64,000 bases of DNA from an uncultured Acidobacteriota bacterium (lineage in GTDB: Bacteria; Acidobacteriota; Thermoanaerobaculia; Gp7-AA8), in contig CAWGHO010000003.1 in the NCBI GenBank assembly GCA_963822445.1, positions 1,088,001-1,152,000 of the forward strand. The letters run 5' to 3'. Position numbers and translations under genes: made by a program. Shown piece by piece: positions 1-9,434 of the stretch (position 1 is the first letter of the stretch; every line of letters starts with the position of its first letter). The notes below the pieces were generated by a model. That model was not told where the DNA came from. It worked only from the letters and a program-made list of their open reading frames with translations, and made no database searches.

Positions 1-113
1 GACTCGATGAAGCGGCGGCTGCCGCCGATGAGAACACCGAACTCGGTGTGCTGCGCAAACGTGGGGACCGCGACCATAAGGGCCAGCAGGGTCAGGAAGA
101 TGGCTCGTTTCAT
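1..113 (-). CDS. Secreted protein, possibly outer-membrane beta-barrel (5' part only, runs off window)
   Basis: Manual translation MKRAIFLTLLALMVAVPTFA-QHTEFGVLIGG: Sec signal peptide; TATAGT 7 nt upstream of ATG. Confidence 0.6.
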   Translation of the reverse strand, partial: MKRAIFLTLLALMVAVPTFAQHTEFGVLIGGSRRFIE

Positions 114-160
114 GGGCGCGACTATAAGCGAAGGATTCATGCAGTGTCACTCCTTGGTTG

Positions 161-235
161 AGTAGGCAGTCGGCAGTGGGCAGTAGGCAGTGGAACCACG
201 TGCTCCTGCCTACCGCCTACTGCCTACTGCCTACT
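161..235. repeat. Tandem 7-mer inverted-repeat hairpin (GGCAGTA / TACTGCC units)
   Basis: About 4 units agtaggc/gtcggc/gtgggc, short spacer, about 4 complementary ctgccta units. Confidence 0.85.
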
Positions 236-246
236 AAAATGCGTCC

Positions 247-972
247 GTGCTGAGGCTGGCGAGCGCGTTGTCTGTAGTAGGACGCGAGGCGGTCCGAATC
301 GTTCTGCCTTCCTGGTGCGTGGTCTGCGAATCGGAGCTTCCCTGGCGGGACCGGACGGCCTCGTGCTGCGGGACCTGCTGGTCCACTCTGCCCAGGATCA
401 CCACCCCCAAATGCACCTCCTGCGCGCTGCCGATTCCGGCCGCCGAAGCCCTCTGCATCGAGTGCATGGCCGATCCGCTGCCCGTCGCCTGGTGCGAGGC
501 CTGGGGCGAGTATCGCGATGGCCTGGCCAGCCTGCTCCAGGCCCTCAAGTTCCAGCGCCACGATTTTCTCGATGACGCCCTGGCCTCGCTGCTCGAGGAG
601 ACCGTTCGCGCTCGCGACGTCACCTTCGATGCCGTGGCCGGCGTTCCCATGCAGCGGAAGAAGGAGCGCCGCCGCGGTTACAACCAGGCCGAGCTCCTGG
701 CGCGGGCCCTGGCGCGCCGCATCGACGTCCCCTGCGACATGTCCCTGCTCGCGCCGCGAGGCGACCGAGCCGCGCAGTCGACGCTGGCCCGTCGCGATCG
801 GGCCGTGAACGTCCGCGGCGCCTTCTCTGCCTCTCCGAAAGCGCAAGGCAAGTCCGTGCTCATCGTCGACGACATCTGCACGACCGCGGCGACCCTCCGC
901 GCGTGCGCGGCGGCCCTGATCGAAGCCGGCGCGCAACGCGTTTGTGCGGTTGCCGTAGCCAGAGCCCTCTGA
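247..972 (+). CDS. comF: ComF family protein (double zinc ribbon + phosphoribosyltransferase fold)
   Basis: CxxC pairs, RGYNQAELLA, LIVDDICTTAATL. Confidence 0.9.
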   Translation: MLRLASALSVVGREAVRIVLPSWCVVCESELPWRDRTASCCGTCWSTLPRITTPKCTSCALPIPAAEALCIECMADPLPVAWCEAWGEYRDGLASLLQALKFQRHDFLDDALASLLEETVRARDVTFDAVAGVPMQRKKERRRGYNQAELLARALARRIDVPCDMSLLAPRGDRAAQSTLARRDRAVNVRGAFSASPKAQGKSVLIVDDICTTAATLRACAAALIEAGAQRVCAVAVARAL

Positions 973-993
973 CGCCGTTAGAATGCGCGCCGT

Positions 994-1914
994 TTGTTCC
1001 GCGCATTCTTCATCGCTCTCTCCGAAAGCCGCATGCTCCGCGCGATTGCCGAACGCTCTCGCATCGGCCGCCGGCTCTCCATGCGCTTTGTCGCGGGCAT
1101 GAGCGTGGAAGACGCTCTCGCGGCCACCGCCGCCACGAACGCCCGCGGCATGAGTGTCAGCGTCGACAACCTCGGCGAGAACGTCACCAACCTCGAGGAG
1201 GCGCGCGAGAGCGCTCACCTGTATCACGAGATGGTCGACGCCATCACCGCGCGGAAGATGAACGCGAACGTCAGTCTGAAGCTGACGCACATGGGGCTCG
1301 ACGTCGACGAGAAAGCGTCGCGCGTCATCGTGAACGAAGTCGTGGCCCACGCGGCGCGGCAGAAGAACTTCGTCCGCATCGACATGGAAGGCTCGCCGTA
1401 CACGCAGAAGACGCTGGACATCGTTCGCGAGCTGCACGCGCAGCCGGGCAACGCGGGATCGGTCGGCGCGGTCATCCAGGCCTACCTCCATCGCAGCCAG
1501 AAGGACGTCGAAGAGCTTTGCGCCGAGGGGATCCGAATTCGTCTGTGCAAAGGGGCTTACAAGGAACCGCCGGAGATCGCGTATCAGGATAAGGCCGACG
1601 TCGACGCGAATTTCGTGAAGCTCATGCAGATCATGCTCAAGAGCGGCACGTACCACGGCATCGCCACGCATGATCCGAAGATGATCGACGCCACGATCGA
1701 CTTCGCGCGCCGCGAGAAGATCGCCCCGTCGTCGTTCGAGTTCCAGATGCTCTACGGCGTGCGCCGCGATCTGCAGGAAAAATTGGTCCGCGACGGCTGG
1801 GGCATGCGCGTGTACATCCCGTTCGGCACGGAGTGGTATCCGTACCTGATGCGGCGGCTCGCCGAGCGGCCCGCGAACGCCATCTTCATCCTGAAAAACC
1901 TCTTCCGGAGGTAA
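994..1914 (+). CDS. Monofunctional proline dehydrogenase
   Basis: RFVAG, SLKLT, RIDME, RLCKGAY, ATHD, EFQMLYG, YLMRRLAERPAN. Confidence 0.92.
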   Translation: MFRAFFIALSESRMLRAIAERSRIGRRLSMRFVAGMSVEDALAATAATNARGMSVSVDNLGENVTNLEEARESAHLYHEMVDAITARKMNANVSLKLTHMGLDVDEKASRVIVNEVVAHAARQKNFVRIDMEGSPYTQKTLDIVRELHAQPGNAGSVGAVIQAYLHRSQKDVEELCAEGIRIRLCKGAYKEPPEIAYQDKADVDANFVKLMQIMLKSGTYHGIATHDPKMIDATIDFARREKIAPSSFEFQMLYGVRRDLQEKLVRDGWGMRVYIPFGTEWYPYLMRRLAERPANAIFILKNLFRR

Positions 1915-3165
1915 ATGGACCGCCGCCCGCGCAGCCTCACGCTGCTCGCCCTCTTTTTCGCGATTGGCCTCTGCGCCCTCGCGTACATGTGGGCGACCGT
2001 TCACCAGCGCAAGGACGCGGACTTCGAGGGCAGACCCGCTTCGAGGTTGATCCGCACGGAAATGCTGCAGTGGAAACAGCACGGCTACTTTGCGTCGTAC
2101 GGCCTGCTCGTCCCGACCAGCGATCCCCACCGGCTTTACCGGTCATGGCCCGGTGACTTCATGCTCCCCTCCTACGTCCTGGTGCTCGTCGGAGGCTTCG
2201 ACTGGCGTGCACTCGGGCTCTATCAGCTCCTCGTTTCGCTCCTGGCCGCGTCGCTCCTGGCGCTGCTCGCGTACCGGCTGGCGATTCGTGCCGGCGTCAA
2301 ACCGCTTCACGCCTTCGTGCTTGCGGTGGGCCTGGAGATGGTGCAATTCACGTTTCCGGGGAACGTCACGATCTTCTGGGGGATGACGGCGCAGATGATG
2401 TGGCTCGTCTTCGCGCTCCTGTTCCTGCTGATCGAGGAACGGGCCGTCGAGAGCCGCACACGGCGCATGGAAATTTGTGAGGCGGTGCTGGTCTTCGCGA
2501 TGGTCCGGGTGCAGTACGTGTACGCGATGATGTTTCTCGCCGTGTACGTCGCGGTCCTCTTCGTCATGCGCGACGAGCGGCCCTCGCTCAGCCGGATCGT
2601 GCGCACGATCGTGGTGCCGGCAGTGGCCGCCCTGGTCATCTTCGCGGGCCAGCTCACGCTCGCGAAATACGACCCCGACGTGAAGCTCTTCGGGTCGCGA
2701 TTCTTGTATCGAACAGGCCTCGATGGCGACGGGGAGCTCTACGGAGATCACCTCGACATCGCCTTCGGCAGGGACTTCATCCGCGCCGAGAGTCCCGGAA
2801 ATCGCCAGTACCTCTTTCGCTGGCCGGTCCTCTTTTTCGCGGGCGCGCTGTCCGTGATCGCGGCGCTGATCGCCTACCTTCGCGATCGGATTCCGCGAAT
2901 GGCCATCGTCGCGCTGATCACGCTCCTCGGCGCGTACGTCCTGCACGCCGCGGTCTTCAGCCAGCTCGTTGCGCTGCATCCCTACCTCTTCGATCCCGTG
3001 CTCGTCCCTCCGCTGATCCTGGCGCTGTTCGGACTCCTGCCCGCACTCGCGGAAGTCCAGACGCGGCGAACAGGCCTCATCACTCTGGTGACGTTTCTGG
3101 CGGCGACGTGGACGTCTTTCTATTCGCTGCGGATCTACGCGCTCTGCTATCCGCTGGCGAATTAA
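1915..3165 (+). CDS. Polytopic membrane protein, possibly GT-C-like glycosyltransferase
   Basis: About 10 hydrophobic segments and an N-terminal loop; abuts the upstream stop codon. Confidence 0.6.
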   Translation: MDRRPRSLTLLALFFAIGLCALAYMWATVHQRKDADFEGRPASRLIRTEMLQWKQHGYFASYGLLVPTSDPHRLYRSWPGDFMLPSYVLVLVGGFDWRALGLYQLLVSLLAASLLALLAYRLAIRAGVKPLHAFVLAVGLEMVQFTFPGNVTIFWGMTAQMMWLVFALLFLLIEERAVESRTRRMEICEAVLVFAMVRVQYVYAMMFLAVYVAVLFVMRDERPSLSRIVRTIVVPAVAALVIFAGQLTLAKYDPDVKLFGSRFLYRTGLDGDGELYGDHLDIAFGRDFIRAESPGNRQYLFRWPVLFFAGALSVIAALIAYLRDRIPRMAIVALITLLGAYVLHAAVFSQLVALHPYLFDPVLVPPLILALFGLLPALAEVQTRRTGLITLVTFLAATWTSFYSLRIYALCYPLAN

Positions 3166-3174
3166 GATCTGCGG

Positions 3175-4467
3175 ATGATCCTTTCCGCGCTCTTGCTCTC
3201 CGCGACGCTCACTGCCGCGAGTCCCGTCGATCAGGTCCGCGACGCCGAAATTGCGTTTGCCCGCGCGTTTGCGAATCGCGATCAACAAGCATTCTTCGCG
3301 GTGGTCGCCGATGACGCGACCTTCCTCTCCGGCACGACGACATCGTTGGGAAAGCAGCAGATGATCGAGAGCTGGACGCCCTACTTCGCGACGGCCGAGG
3401 CGCCGTTCAGTTGGGCGCCGGACCGGGTTTCGGTTTCGGGTGATGGAACGCTCGGACTCTCCACCGGACCGGTGTACGACGCGCGAGGCAATCACGCCGG
3501 CGACTACATCTCGACGTGGCGTCGCGACGCAAAAGGGCAGTGGAAGATCGTCTTCGACAGCAACGGACCCGGACCCGCTCCGCTGCCCGAGCAGGCGATG
3601 AAGATCGAGGAAGGCTTCATCACCACTCCCGACGGCGTGAAGCTGTTCTACCGGAAGCTCGGGCGCGGTCCGGTCACCGCCATCGTGCCTCTCGATTTCG
3701 TGATGTTCGATCAGGTCAAGCAGTTCGCGAACGTCGCCACGATCATCACTTACGACCTCCGCAACCGCGGCCGCTCGGGCAAGGCGAAGGACGTGACCAT
3801 CCAGGACGATGTGAAGGACCTCGAGACGGTCCGCCAGCATTTCAAGCTCGAGAAGTTCATCCCCATCGGCTTCTCCTACCTTGGCAAGATGGTGATCCTG
3901 TACGCGGTCGAGCATCCGACGCGCGTCTCCCGGATCATCCAGCTCGGCCCCCTCGGCAACAAGCGCATCGACATGCCGGCGTCCCGCGACTTCGGCGCGC
4001 CGGAATCGGTCATCACCGCGTGGCAGGAGATGCAGAAGTCGGGCGGCATCGAGAAGACCCCGCGCGAGGCCTGTCTCGCGCTGGCGAATCTCCTGGCCTA
4101 CTACATGGCCGGCAACCCGAAGAACGCCTCGCGCTTCGACGTGGCCGGTGGCTGCGTGCACGAGAACGAGTGGCCGGTGAACGTGAACCCGCATTTCGCG
4201 TCGCTGATGAAATCGCCCAACGCGGAGCTGAGCGCCGAACAGTTGAAGAAGGTGACCGTGCCCGTGCTCACCATTCACGGAACGAAGGATCGGCAGGCAG
4301 CATACGAAGGTGGAGTGGCCTGGGCGAAGAGCCTGCCCGACGCGCGGCTGGTGACGATCGAAGGTGCCGCGCACGCGATGTGGCTCGATGATCCGGCGAC
4401 GCTGGGCGCGTCGATCAGGCAGTTTCTGCGGGGGCAGTGGCCGCTCGCGGCAAATACGCCTCGCTGA
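3175..4467 (+). CDS. Secreted DUF4440/SnoaL-like + alpha/beta hydrolase fusion
   Basis: Signal peptide; YISTWRR...WKIVFD (NTF2-like); YDLRNRGRS, GFSYLG nucleophile elbow, HGTKD, GAAH. Confidence 0.8.
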   Translation: MILSALLLSATLTAASPVDQVRDAEIAFARAFANRDQQAFFAVVADDATFLSGTTTSLGKQQMIESWTPYFATAEAPFSWAPDRVSVSGDGTLGLSTGPVYDARGNHAGDYISTWRRDAKGQWKIVFDSNGPGPAPLPEQAMKIEEGFITTPDGVKLFYRKLGRGPVTAIVPLDFVMFDQVKQFANVATIITYDLRNRGRSGKAKDVTIQDDVKDLETVRQHFKLEKFIPIGFSYLGKMVILYAVEHPTRVSRIIQLGPLGNKRIDMPASRDFGAPESVITAWQEMQKSGGIEKTPREACLALANLLAYYMAGNPKNASRFDVAGGCVHENEWPVNVNPHFASLMKSPNAELSAEQLKKVTVPVLTIHGTKDRQAAYEGGVAWAKSLPDARLVTIEGAAHAMWLDDPATLGASIRQFLRGQWPLAANTPR

Positions 4468-5365
4468 CATCCCACTGCGGCCGTTCCCGCCAGCGGTCGT
4501 GCACCCAAACCCACTGCTCGGGGTGGCGGCGGATCTGCTCCTCGTATTTGCGTGTGATCTCCGCGGCCAGGGCAATGGGATCGTCGCCTTTGCGGCACTC
4601 CGTCGGCTCGAGGAACTGCGCGTGATGACGGCCATCCGGTAAGCGGTGGATGTACGAAACGGAGATCATCGCCTCCGTCCGGATCGCGAAGTTCACCGGC
4701 CCGATTGGCGTCAGCGCAGGCACGCCGAAGAAGGGAACCTTCACGCTTTCGGTGCGGATGCTCTGATCGAGCACGAACGCGAGCATGCCGCCCTTGCGAA
4801 TGGCCTGAATCATTTCCTTCGCCGAGCTGGAGGTACCGCGGCCGATCGTGCGCACGCCGGCCTTGGCGCGGAGCTCGATGATGTAGCGGTTCATGTCGGG
4901 CTGATCGCGCTCGCGGTGAAGGACGCTGACCGGCCGGCCGTAGGTCCCCATCACGTACGACAGCCACTCCCAGTTGCCGCAGTGGGCGGTGAACATGATC
5001 ACGCCGCGGCCGGAGTCGAGGACCTCGAGAATGCGATCGATGCCGTCGACGATGGTCATCTGCTCGCGCCGGACCGGGTTCATGTTCGGCAGCCAGGCCA
5101 TCTCGAAGAGCGACATGCCGAAGTGGCGGAACATGGCCTGGATGGTCTCGTTCCGCTTCGCCTCGCTCCACTCGGGAAAAGCAATGGCGAGGTTGCGCAG
5201 GGCTTTCTTCCGTTCCCGCCGAACGAGATGCCAGGCCACGCGACCCAATTGCCGGCCGAGGAATTGGCCGATGGGGAGGGGGATGCTGCGGCCGATCGCG
5301 GTGATGATCGCCAGCGCGCGGTAGAGCAGCCGCGCTCTAAATGCTCGCAGCGTCGGGCTTGCCAA
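4415..5365 (-). CDS. Lipid A lauroyl/lysophospholipid acyltransferase (LpxL family)
   Basis: TAHCGNWE, LDQ, VPFFG, PEQWVWVHDRW. Confidence 0.88.
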   Translation of the reverse strand: MASPTLRAFRARLLYRALAIITAIGRSIPLPIGQFLGRQLGRVAWHLVRRERKKALRNLAIAFPEWSEAKRNETIQAMFRHFGMSLFEMAWLPNMNPVRREQMTIVDGIDRILEVLDSGRGVIMFTAHCGNWEWLSYVMGTYGRPVSVLHRERDQPDMNRYIIELRAKAGVRTIGRGTSSSAKEMIQAIRKGGMLAFVLDQSIRTESVKVPFFGVPALTPIGPVNFAIRTEAMISVSYIHRLPDGRHHAQFLEPTECRKGDDPIALAAEITRKYEEQIRRHPEQWVWVHDRWRERPQWDVSEAYLPRAATAPAETA

Positions 5366-5861
5366 TCGCGAATTCCTTCACCACTGCATCCCACTCGCCG
5401 CGCTCGCGCAGAAGGCGCTCGACGAGCTCGCGGAACGCGCCGCGACCGCCCGCACTCTCCAGCCTCCACGTTGCAGCCGCGAGAACCTCGGGCGCGGCAT
5501 CCGACGGCGCCGCGGAAATCGCGGCGCGGGACATCGGCGCGAGATCGGGGAGGTCGTCGCCGATGTAGGCGATGTGCTCGAAAGGAACGCCCATTTTTTC
5601 GGTCTCGGCGAGCTTGTTCGCCGCACCCTGATGGATCTCGGTGATGCCCAGCTCTTTCGCGCGACGCTCGATGATGGGGGACTGCCGGCTGGTCAAGAGC
5701 GTGACGTTGATTCCCACGCGTTGCGCGAGCTTCACACCGAGCCCGTCGCGGACGTTGAACTCTTTGATCTCGTCACCGGCGGACGTGTAGATGATCCGGC
5801 CGTCGGTCCAGACGCCATCGACGTCGGAGACGATCAATTTGATGTTGGCGGCGCGGGACAT
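5337..5861 (-). CDS. kdsC: KDO 8-phosphate phosphatase (HAD family)
   Basis: DVDGVWTDG, FNVRDGLG, IGDDLPD, GGRGAFRE. Confidence 0.9.
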   Translation of the reverse strand: MSRAANIKLIVSDVDGVWTDGRIIYTSAGDEIKEFNVRDGLGVKLAQRVGINVTLLTSRQSPIIERRAKELGITEIHQGAANKLAETEKMGVPFEHIAYIGDDLPDLAPMSRAAISAAPSDAAPEVLAAATWRLESAGGRGAFRELVERLLRERGEWDAVVKEFAIGKPDAASI

Positions 5862-5867
5862 GCTTTC

Positions 5868-5982
5868 AGTTTATCCCGCGCGAAGACGCGGGATCTCTCC
5901 GTGCACGAACGAGTCTCGCGCAACGCGGTTCGGCCGGCGCGGTGTAACCGGAGATCCCCGCGTCTGCGCGCGGGGATAAACT
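5868..5982. repeat. REP-like inverted doublet (about 31-bp palindromic arms)
   Basis: agtttatcccgcgcgaagacgcgggatctc ... gagatccccgcgtctgcgcgcggggataaact. Confidence 0.75.
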
Positions 5983-5989
5983 CAAGAGA

Positions 5990-7504
5990 TCAGTGCCGAA
6001 AATGCCGCTCGCCGGTGAAGACCATCGTCAGGCCGCGCTCGTTTGCCGCGGCGATGACTTCCGCGTCGCGCACCGACCCACCCGGTTGAATCACCGCGCG
6101 CACGCCGGCGTCGGCGAGGATGTCCAGGCCGTCGCGGAACGGGAAGAACGCGTCCGATGCCGCGAACGAGCCGGCGGCGGGCAGCACCGCCTTCATGATC
6201 GCGACCTTCGCCGCGTCCACGCGGCTCATCTGCCCCGCGCCGATGCCGACCGACTGCGACGTCCGCGTGAGCACGATCGCGTTCGACTTCACGTGCGCGC
6301 AGACGATCCAGGCGAACTCCAGGCCGTCCATTTCCTCATCGGACGGTTGCCTCTCGGTCACGACCTTCCATGAATCGCGACCGGCGATGACATCCGCCGA
6401 TTGCACGAGCATCCCGCCGGCCGCGGAGCGCCACTCGTCCCTCGTCCCTCGTCCCTCGAAGCTGACCAGCCGTAGGTTCTTCTTTTTCGCCAGCAGCTCG
6501 AGGGCGTCGGATGAGAACGAAGGCGCGACGATCACTTCCAGAAACAGATCGGCGATCTGCCGCGCGCACTCCGCGTCGAAGGTACGATTCGCACCGATGA
6601 TTCCGCCGAAGGCTGACACCGGATCGGATTCGATCGCCGCGCGCAACGCGTCGGCCAGCGTGTCCTGGCGCGCGACGCCGCAGGGATTCGTGTGCTTGAT
6701 GACCGCGATGGCCGGTTCCGCGAACGCGCTCGAGAGCCGCATTGCCGAGTCGAGGTCGAGGAGGTTGTTGTACGACAGCTCCTTGCCCTGCAGCTGCTCG
6801 AACGGGCGCGCGCCCGAGGGAACCCAGAATCCCGCGGTCTGGTGCGGGTTCTCGCCGTAGCGCAGGTCCTGGAACTTCTCCAGCTCGACCGTCATCGTCT
6901 CGACAGGTTCGGCGTCTTCGTGAGCGGAGTCGTTCAGGTAGTTGGCGATGGTGATGTCGTACTCGGACGTCTTCGCGAACACGGCGATGGCCGCATGCAG
7001 GCGGAATTGCTCGCTGATCTCGCCCTTCTCGAATTCATCGAGAAAATCGTCGTACATTGCCGGGTCGCTGAGCACGACCACGTGGCGATGATTTTTCGCG
7101 GCCGCGCGCAGCATCGACGGACCGCCAATGTCGATCTGCTCCACCGCCTCGGCCAGCGTCACGCCCTCTTTGGCGATCGTCTCCGCGAACGGATAGAGAT
7201 TCACGACCACCAGATCGATGCGGGGGATGTCGAGGCGGGTGATGTCGGCGAGGTGATCGACGTTGTTGCGGTCGTGCAGGATCGCGCCGAAGACCTTCGG
7301 CGTGAGCGTCTTCACCCGTCCGCCGAGGATTTCAGGCGCGCCGGACCAGCGGGCGATGGGCGTGACGGGGATTCCGGCGTCGGTCAGATGCTGCGCCGTG
7401 CCGCCGGTCGAGAGGATCTCGACCCCCTTCGCGGTGAGCGCTTTCGCCAGTTCGATGATGCCGGTTTTGTCGGAGACGGAGAGGATCGCGCGTTCAATGG
7501 GCAT
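5990..7504 (-). CDS. purH: Bifunctional AICAR transformylase / IMP cyclohydrolase
   Basis: SVSDKTG, GRVKTL, IDIGGPSM, LRYGENPHQ, KHTNPCG, GQMSRVD, SDAFFPF, RHFRH. Confidence 0.97.
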   Translation of the reverse strand: MPIERAILSVSDKTGIIELAKALTAKGVEILSTGGTAQHLTDAGIPVTPIARWSGAPEILGGRVKTLTPKVFGAILHDRNNVDHLADITRLDIPRIDLVVVNLYPFAETIAKEGVTLAEAVEQIDIGGPSMLRAAAKNHRHVVVLSDPAMYDDFLDEFEKGEISEQFRLHAAIAVFAKTSEYDITIANYLNDSAHEDAEPVETMTVELEKFQDLRYGENPHQTAGFWVPSGARPFEQLQGKELSYNNLLDLDSAMRLSSAFAEPAIAVIKHTNPCGVARQDTLADALRAAIESDPVSAFGGIIGANRTFDAECARQIADLFLEVIVAPSFSSDALELLAKKKNLRLVSFEGRGTRDEWRSAAGGMLVQSADVIAGRDSWKVVTERQPSDEEMDGLEFAWIVCAHVKSNAIVLTRTSQSVGIGAGQMSRVDAAKVAIMKAVLPAAGSFAASDAFFPFRDGLDILADAGVRAVIQPGGSVRDAEVIAAANERGLTMVFTGERHFRH

Positions 7505-8231
7505 TCAAAGACAGATTGCCGTTGCGCATCAGCGCCGCGGAACGAACGTCACCGCCGGCTTCCTTCCAGATGAAGTAGTAGAGGTTCACCAGGTCCGTGA
7601 CGGCGCGGGAGTAACAGATCGAAGCAACGCCGAAGGCAGTGGAGCGGTCGTCGAACTCCGTCGAGCTCCGCCGCGACCCGGTCCGAAAGTACTCCTCGGA
7701 CATCAGCGGATAGAACTTCGCGGTCCGCTTGAAGGTCTTGTCGAGGTACGACGTGAGCCGGAATTGCGGATCGAGACCGTAGAAGACGGTCGGGAACTTC
7801 GACAGGCGCCGCTCGAAGTACTGCTCGAAATCGTTGTGCGACTCGCTGAGGCGCGGATCGTCGTTGGCTACGTGAAAGGGATTGTTCGCGTCGGCGACGA
7901 GGTGCGCGAGGACGCCCAGCCGCTCGACGACGTGACTCATCGAGTCGCCTCTGCGGATCGCTTCGATCGTTCCGCGCGTCTCTTTCTCGATGCGCTCGCG
8001 CAGCCGTCCTTCGCGCGAAAGCACGAAGAAGTGATGCGTATCCGTCGCCTCCTCGGCCTGAGCCTGGGCCAGACCGGCCTTGTAATCGCCTTCGAAACGC
8101 TCGATGAGGAGCCGCAGATCGGGCGGAGCGAGCGCGGCGCTTTTCTTCGCGATCCGCTCGTCGGAAACGCGCGTCCAGGCGGTGGCGGTGAGGGGAAACA
8201 GGATGAGAAGGACGATTCCGAGGCGCCGCAT
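7494..8231 (-). CDS. Secreted zinc-dependent phospholipase C / S1-P1 nuclease-like protein
   Basis: Signal peptide ending ATA followed by Trp1; GVLAHLVADANNPFH and HNDFE metal ligands. Confidence 0.65.
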   Translation of the reverse strand: MRRLGIVLLILFPLTATAWTRVSDERIAKKSAALAPPDLRLLIERFEGDYKAGLAQAQAEEATDTHHFFVLSREGRLRERIEKETRGTIEAIRRGDSMSHVVERLGVLAHLVADANNPFHVANDDPRLSESHNDFEQYFERRLSKFPTVFYGLDPQFRLTSYLDKTFKRTAKFYPLMSEEYFRTGSRRSSTEFDDRSTAFGVASICYSRAVTDLVNLYYFIWKEAGGDVRSAALMRNGNLSLNAH

Positions 8232-8253
8232 TGTTGGGGAACGATCGTAGCGT

Positions 8254-8886
8254 ATGAATCCCGACTTTGCAGCTCATCTCGAGCTTCTCTACTCCTGCCG
8301 CGCCTGCCCGAACGTCGCGGGCGTGCCGGTGACCGGCGCCGTGCATGACGCGCGGATCATGCTCGTCGGCCAAGCGCCGGGACCGCATGAGGCCGACGAA
8401 CGGCGTCCATTCGCGTACACGGCTGGCAAGCGGCTCTTTCAATGGCTGCAGGAGTCCGCGGGCATCTCCGAAGATGAATTTCGGCGACGCGTGCACATCG
8501 GCGCGGTGATCCGCTGCTTTCCGGGACGCGATGCGAAGGCGGGCGGCGACCGCGTTCCCGATGCGACGGAGATCGCGAACTGCGCGGCACATCTCGATCG
8601 CGAGCTGGCGTTGCTGAAGCCGGAGGTCGTGATCGCCGTGGGGACGCTCGCCTCGAAGCAGCTTCTCGGCATCTCCGAATTGAAAGACATCGTGGGCCGC
8701 GTTCATCGCGCGTCCCGCGGCGGACATGAGTTCGAGGTGATCGTGCTTCCGCATCCGTCGGGACGGAGCACGTGGACGAACAAGCCGGAGAATCGCGCGC
8801 TCCTGGAGAAGTCGCTGAAGCTGGTGAGGAAAGCCGTACGGCGGGCGTCTCGCCCGCAACGCGCGGGGCGTCCCGCCCCGCGCTGA
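8254..8886 (+). CDS. Uracil-DNA glycosylase family protein
   Basis: CRACP, VGQAPG, RCFPG, LPHPSG. Confidence 0.88.
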   Translation: MNPDFAAHLELLYSCRACPNVAGVPVTGAVHDARIMLVGQAPGPHEADERRPFAYTAGKRLFQWLQESAGISEDEFRRRVHIGAVIRCFPGRDAKAGGDRVPDATEIANCAAHLDRELALLKPEVVIAVGTLASKQLLGISELKDIVGRVHRASRGGHEFEVIVLPHPSGRSTWTNKPENRALLEKSLKLVRKAVRRASRPQRAGRPAPR

Positions 8887-8935
8887 CTGCCGAACGAGAC
8901 GTCCGGCAGAAGGCGGCCGGGACGGCCGCCGTACG
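8835..8935. repeat. REP-like palindrome cluster with GTAC ends, overlapping the UDG 3' end
   Basis: gtacggcgggcgtctcgcccgc ... gcggccgggacggccgccgtac, with internal palindromes. Confidence 0.7.
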
Positions 8936-8936
8936 C

Positions 8937-9434
8937 CTACCGCATGTAATTCCGCGTGATGTAGTCCATCTCCGCGTAGGTCGTGGTCAGCGCGAGACGC
9001 GACTCGAGAATCAGATACACGCTCGCCGAGAACAGCAGGAACGCGCCGATGAACCCGAAAACCAGCGGCACGAACCCGACGTTTACGTGCAGCAGCGCGA
9101 CCACACCGATGGAAACGCTCGTGGCCACGAAGAACCCGACGCCGAGATAGAGACGCGACAAAGCCTTCTGCAGCAGACGGGCGCGGCGCGTGTTCACCTC
9201 CAGCTGCCGGTAGAGATGTTGCCGCTTCACGTCCGTGTGCTCATCCTGCGCGTCACCGAGCTCCTCGAGCTCCGCCGCGCGCTCGCGGACGCGATCGACA
9301 CAGCGGATCGATCGATTGGACGTCGTCATCACCAGCGATCCCGTCGCGAGCAGCAGCACGGCCGGCGTGATCATCGCCGAGAGCACGTCGATGACCGACG
9401 CCAGCTCCTTGGTCGATGCGAGGTCAGGCCACAT
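8937..9434 (-). CDS. DUF2721 membrane protein
   Basis: LSAMITPAVLL, TSNR...DR, three TM segments. Confidence 0.8.
   Translation of the reverse strand: MWPDLASTKELASVIDVLSAMITPAVLLLATGSLVMTTSNRSIRCVDRVRERAAELEELGDAQDEHTDVKRQHLYRQLEVNTRRARLLQKALSRLYLGVGFFVATSVSIGVVALLHVNVGFVPLVFGFIGAFLLFSASVYLILESRLALTTTYAEMDYITRNYMR

Noticed and set aside
217-4635. Very long opposite-strand ORFs (637 aa, 830 aa; likewise 29244-31232, 51333-53168, 53948-56443)
   Set aside because: Antisense shadows of real genes caused by high GC3 codon bias; no motifs and abnormal R/H/G-rich composition.
5868-5982. Possible CRISPR array
   Set aside because: Only two copies, in inverted orientation, and no cas genes; fits a REP doublet.
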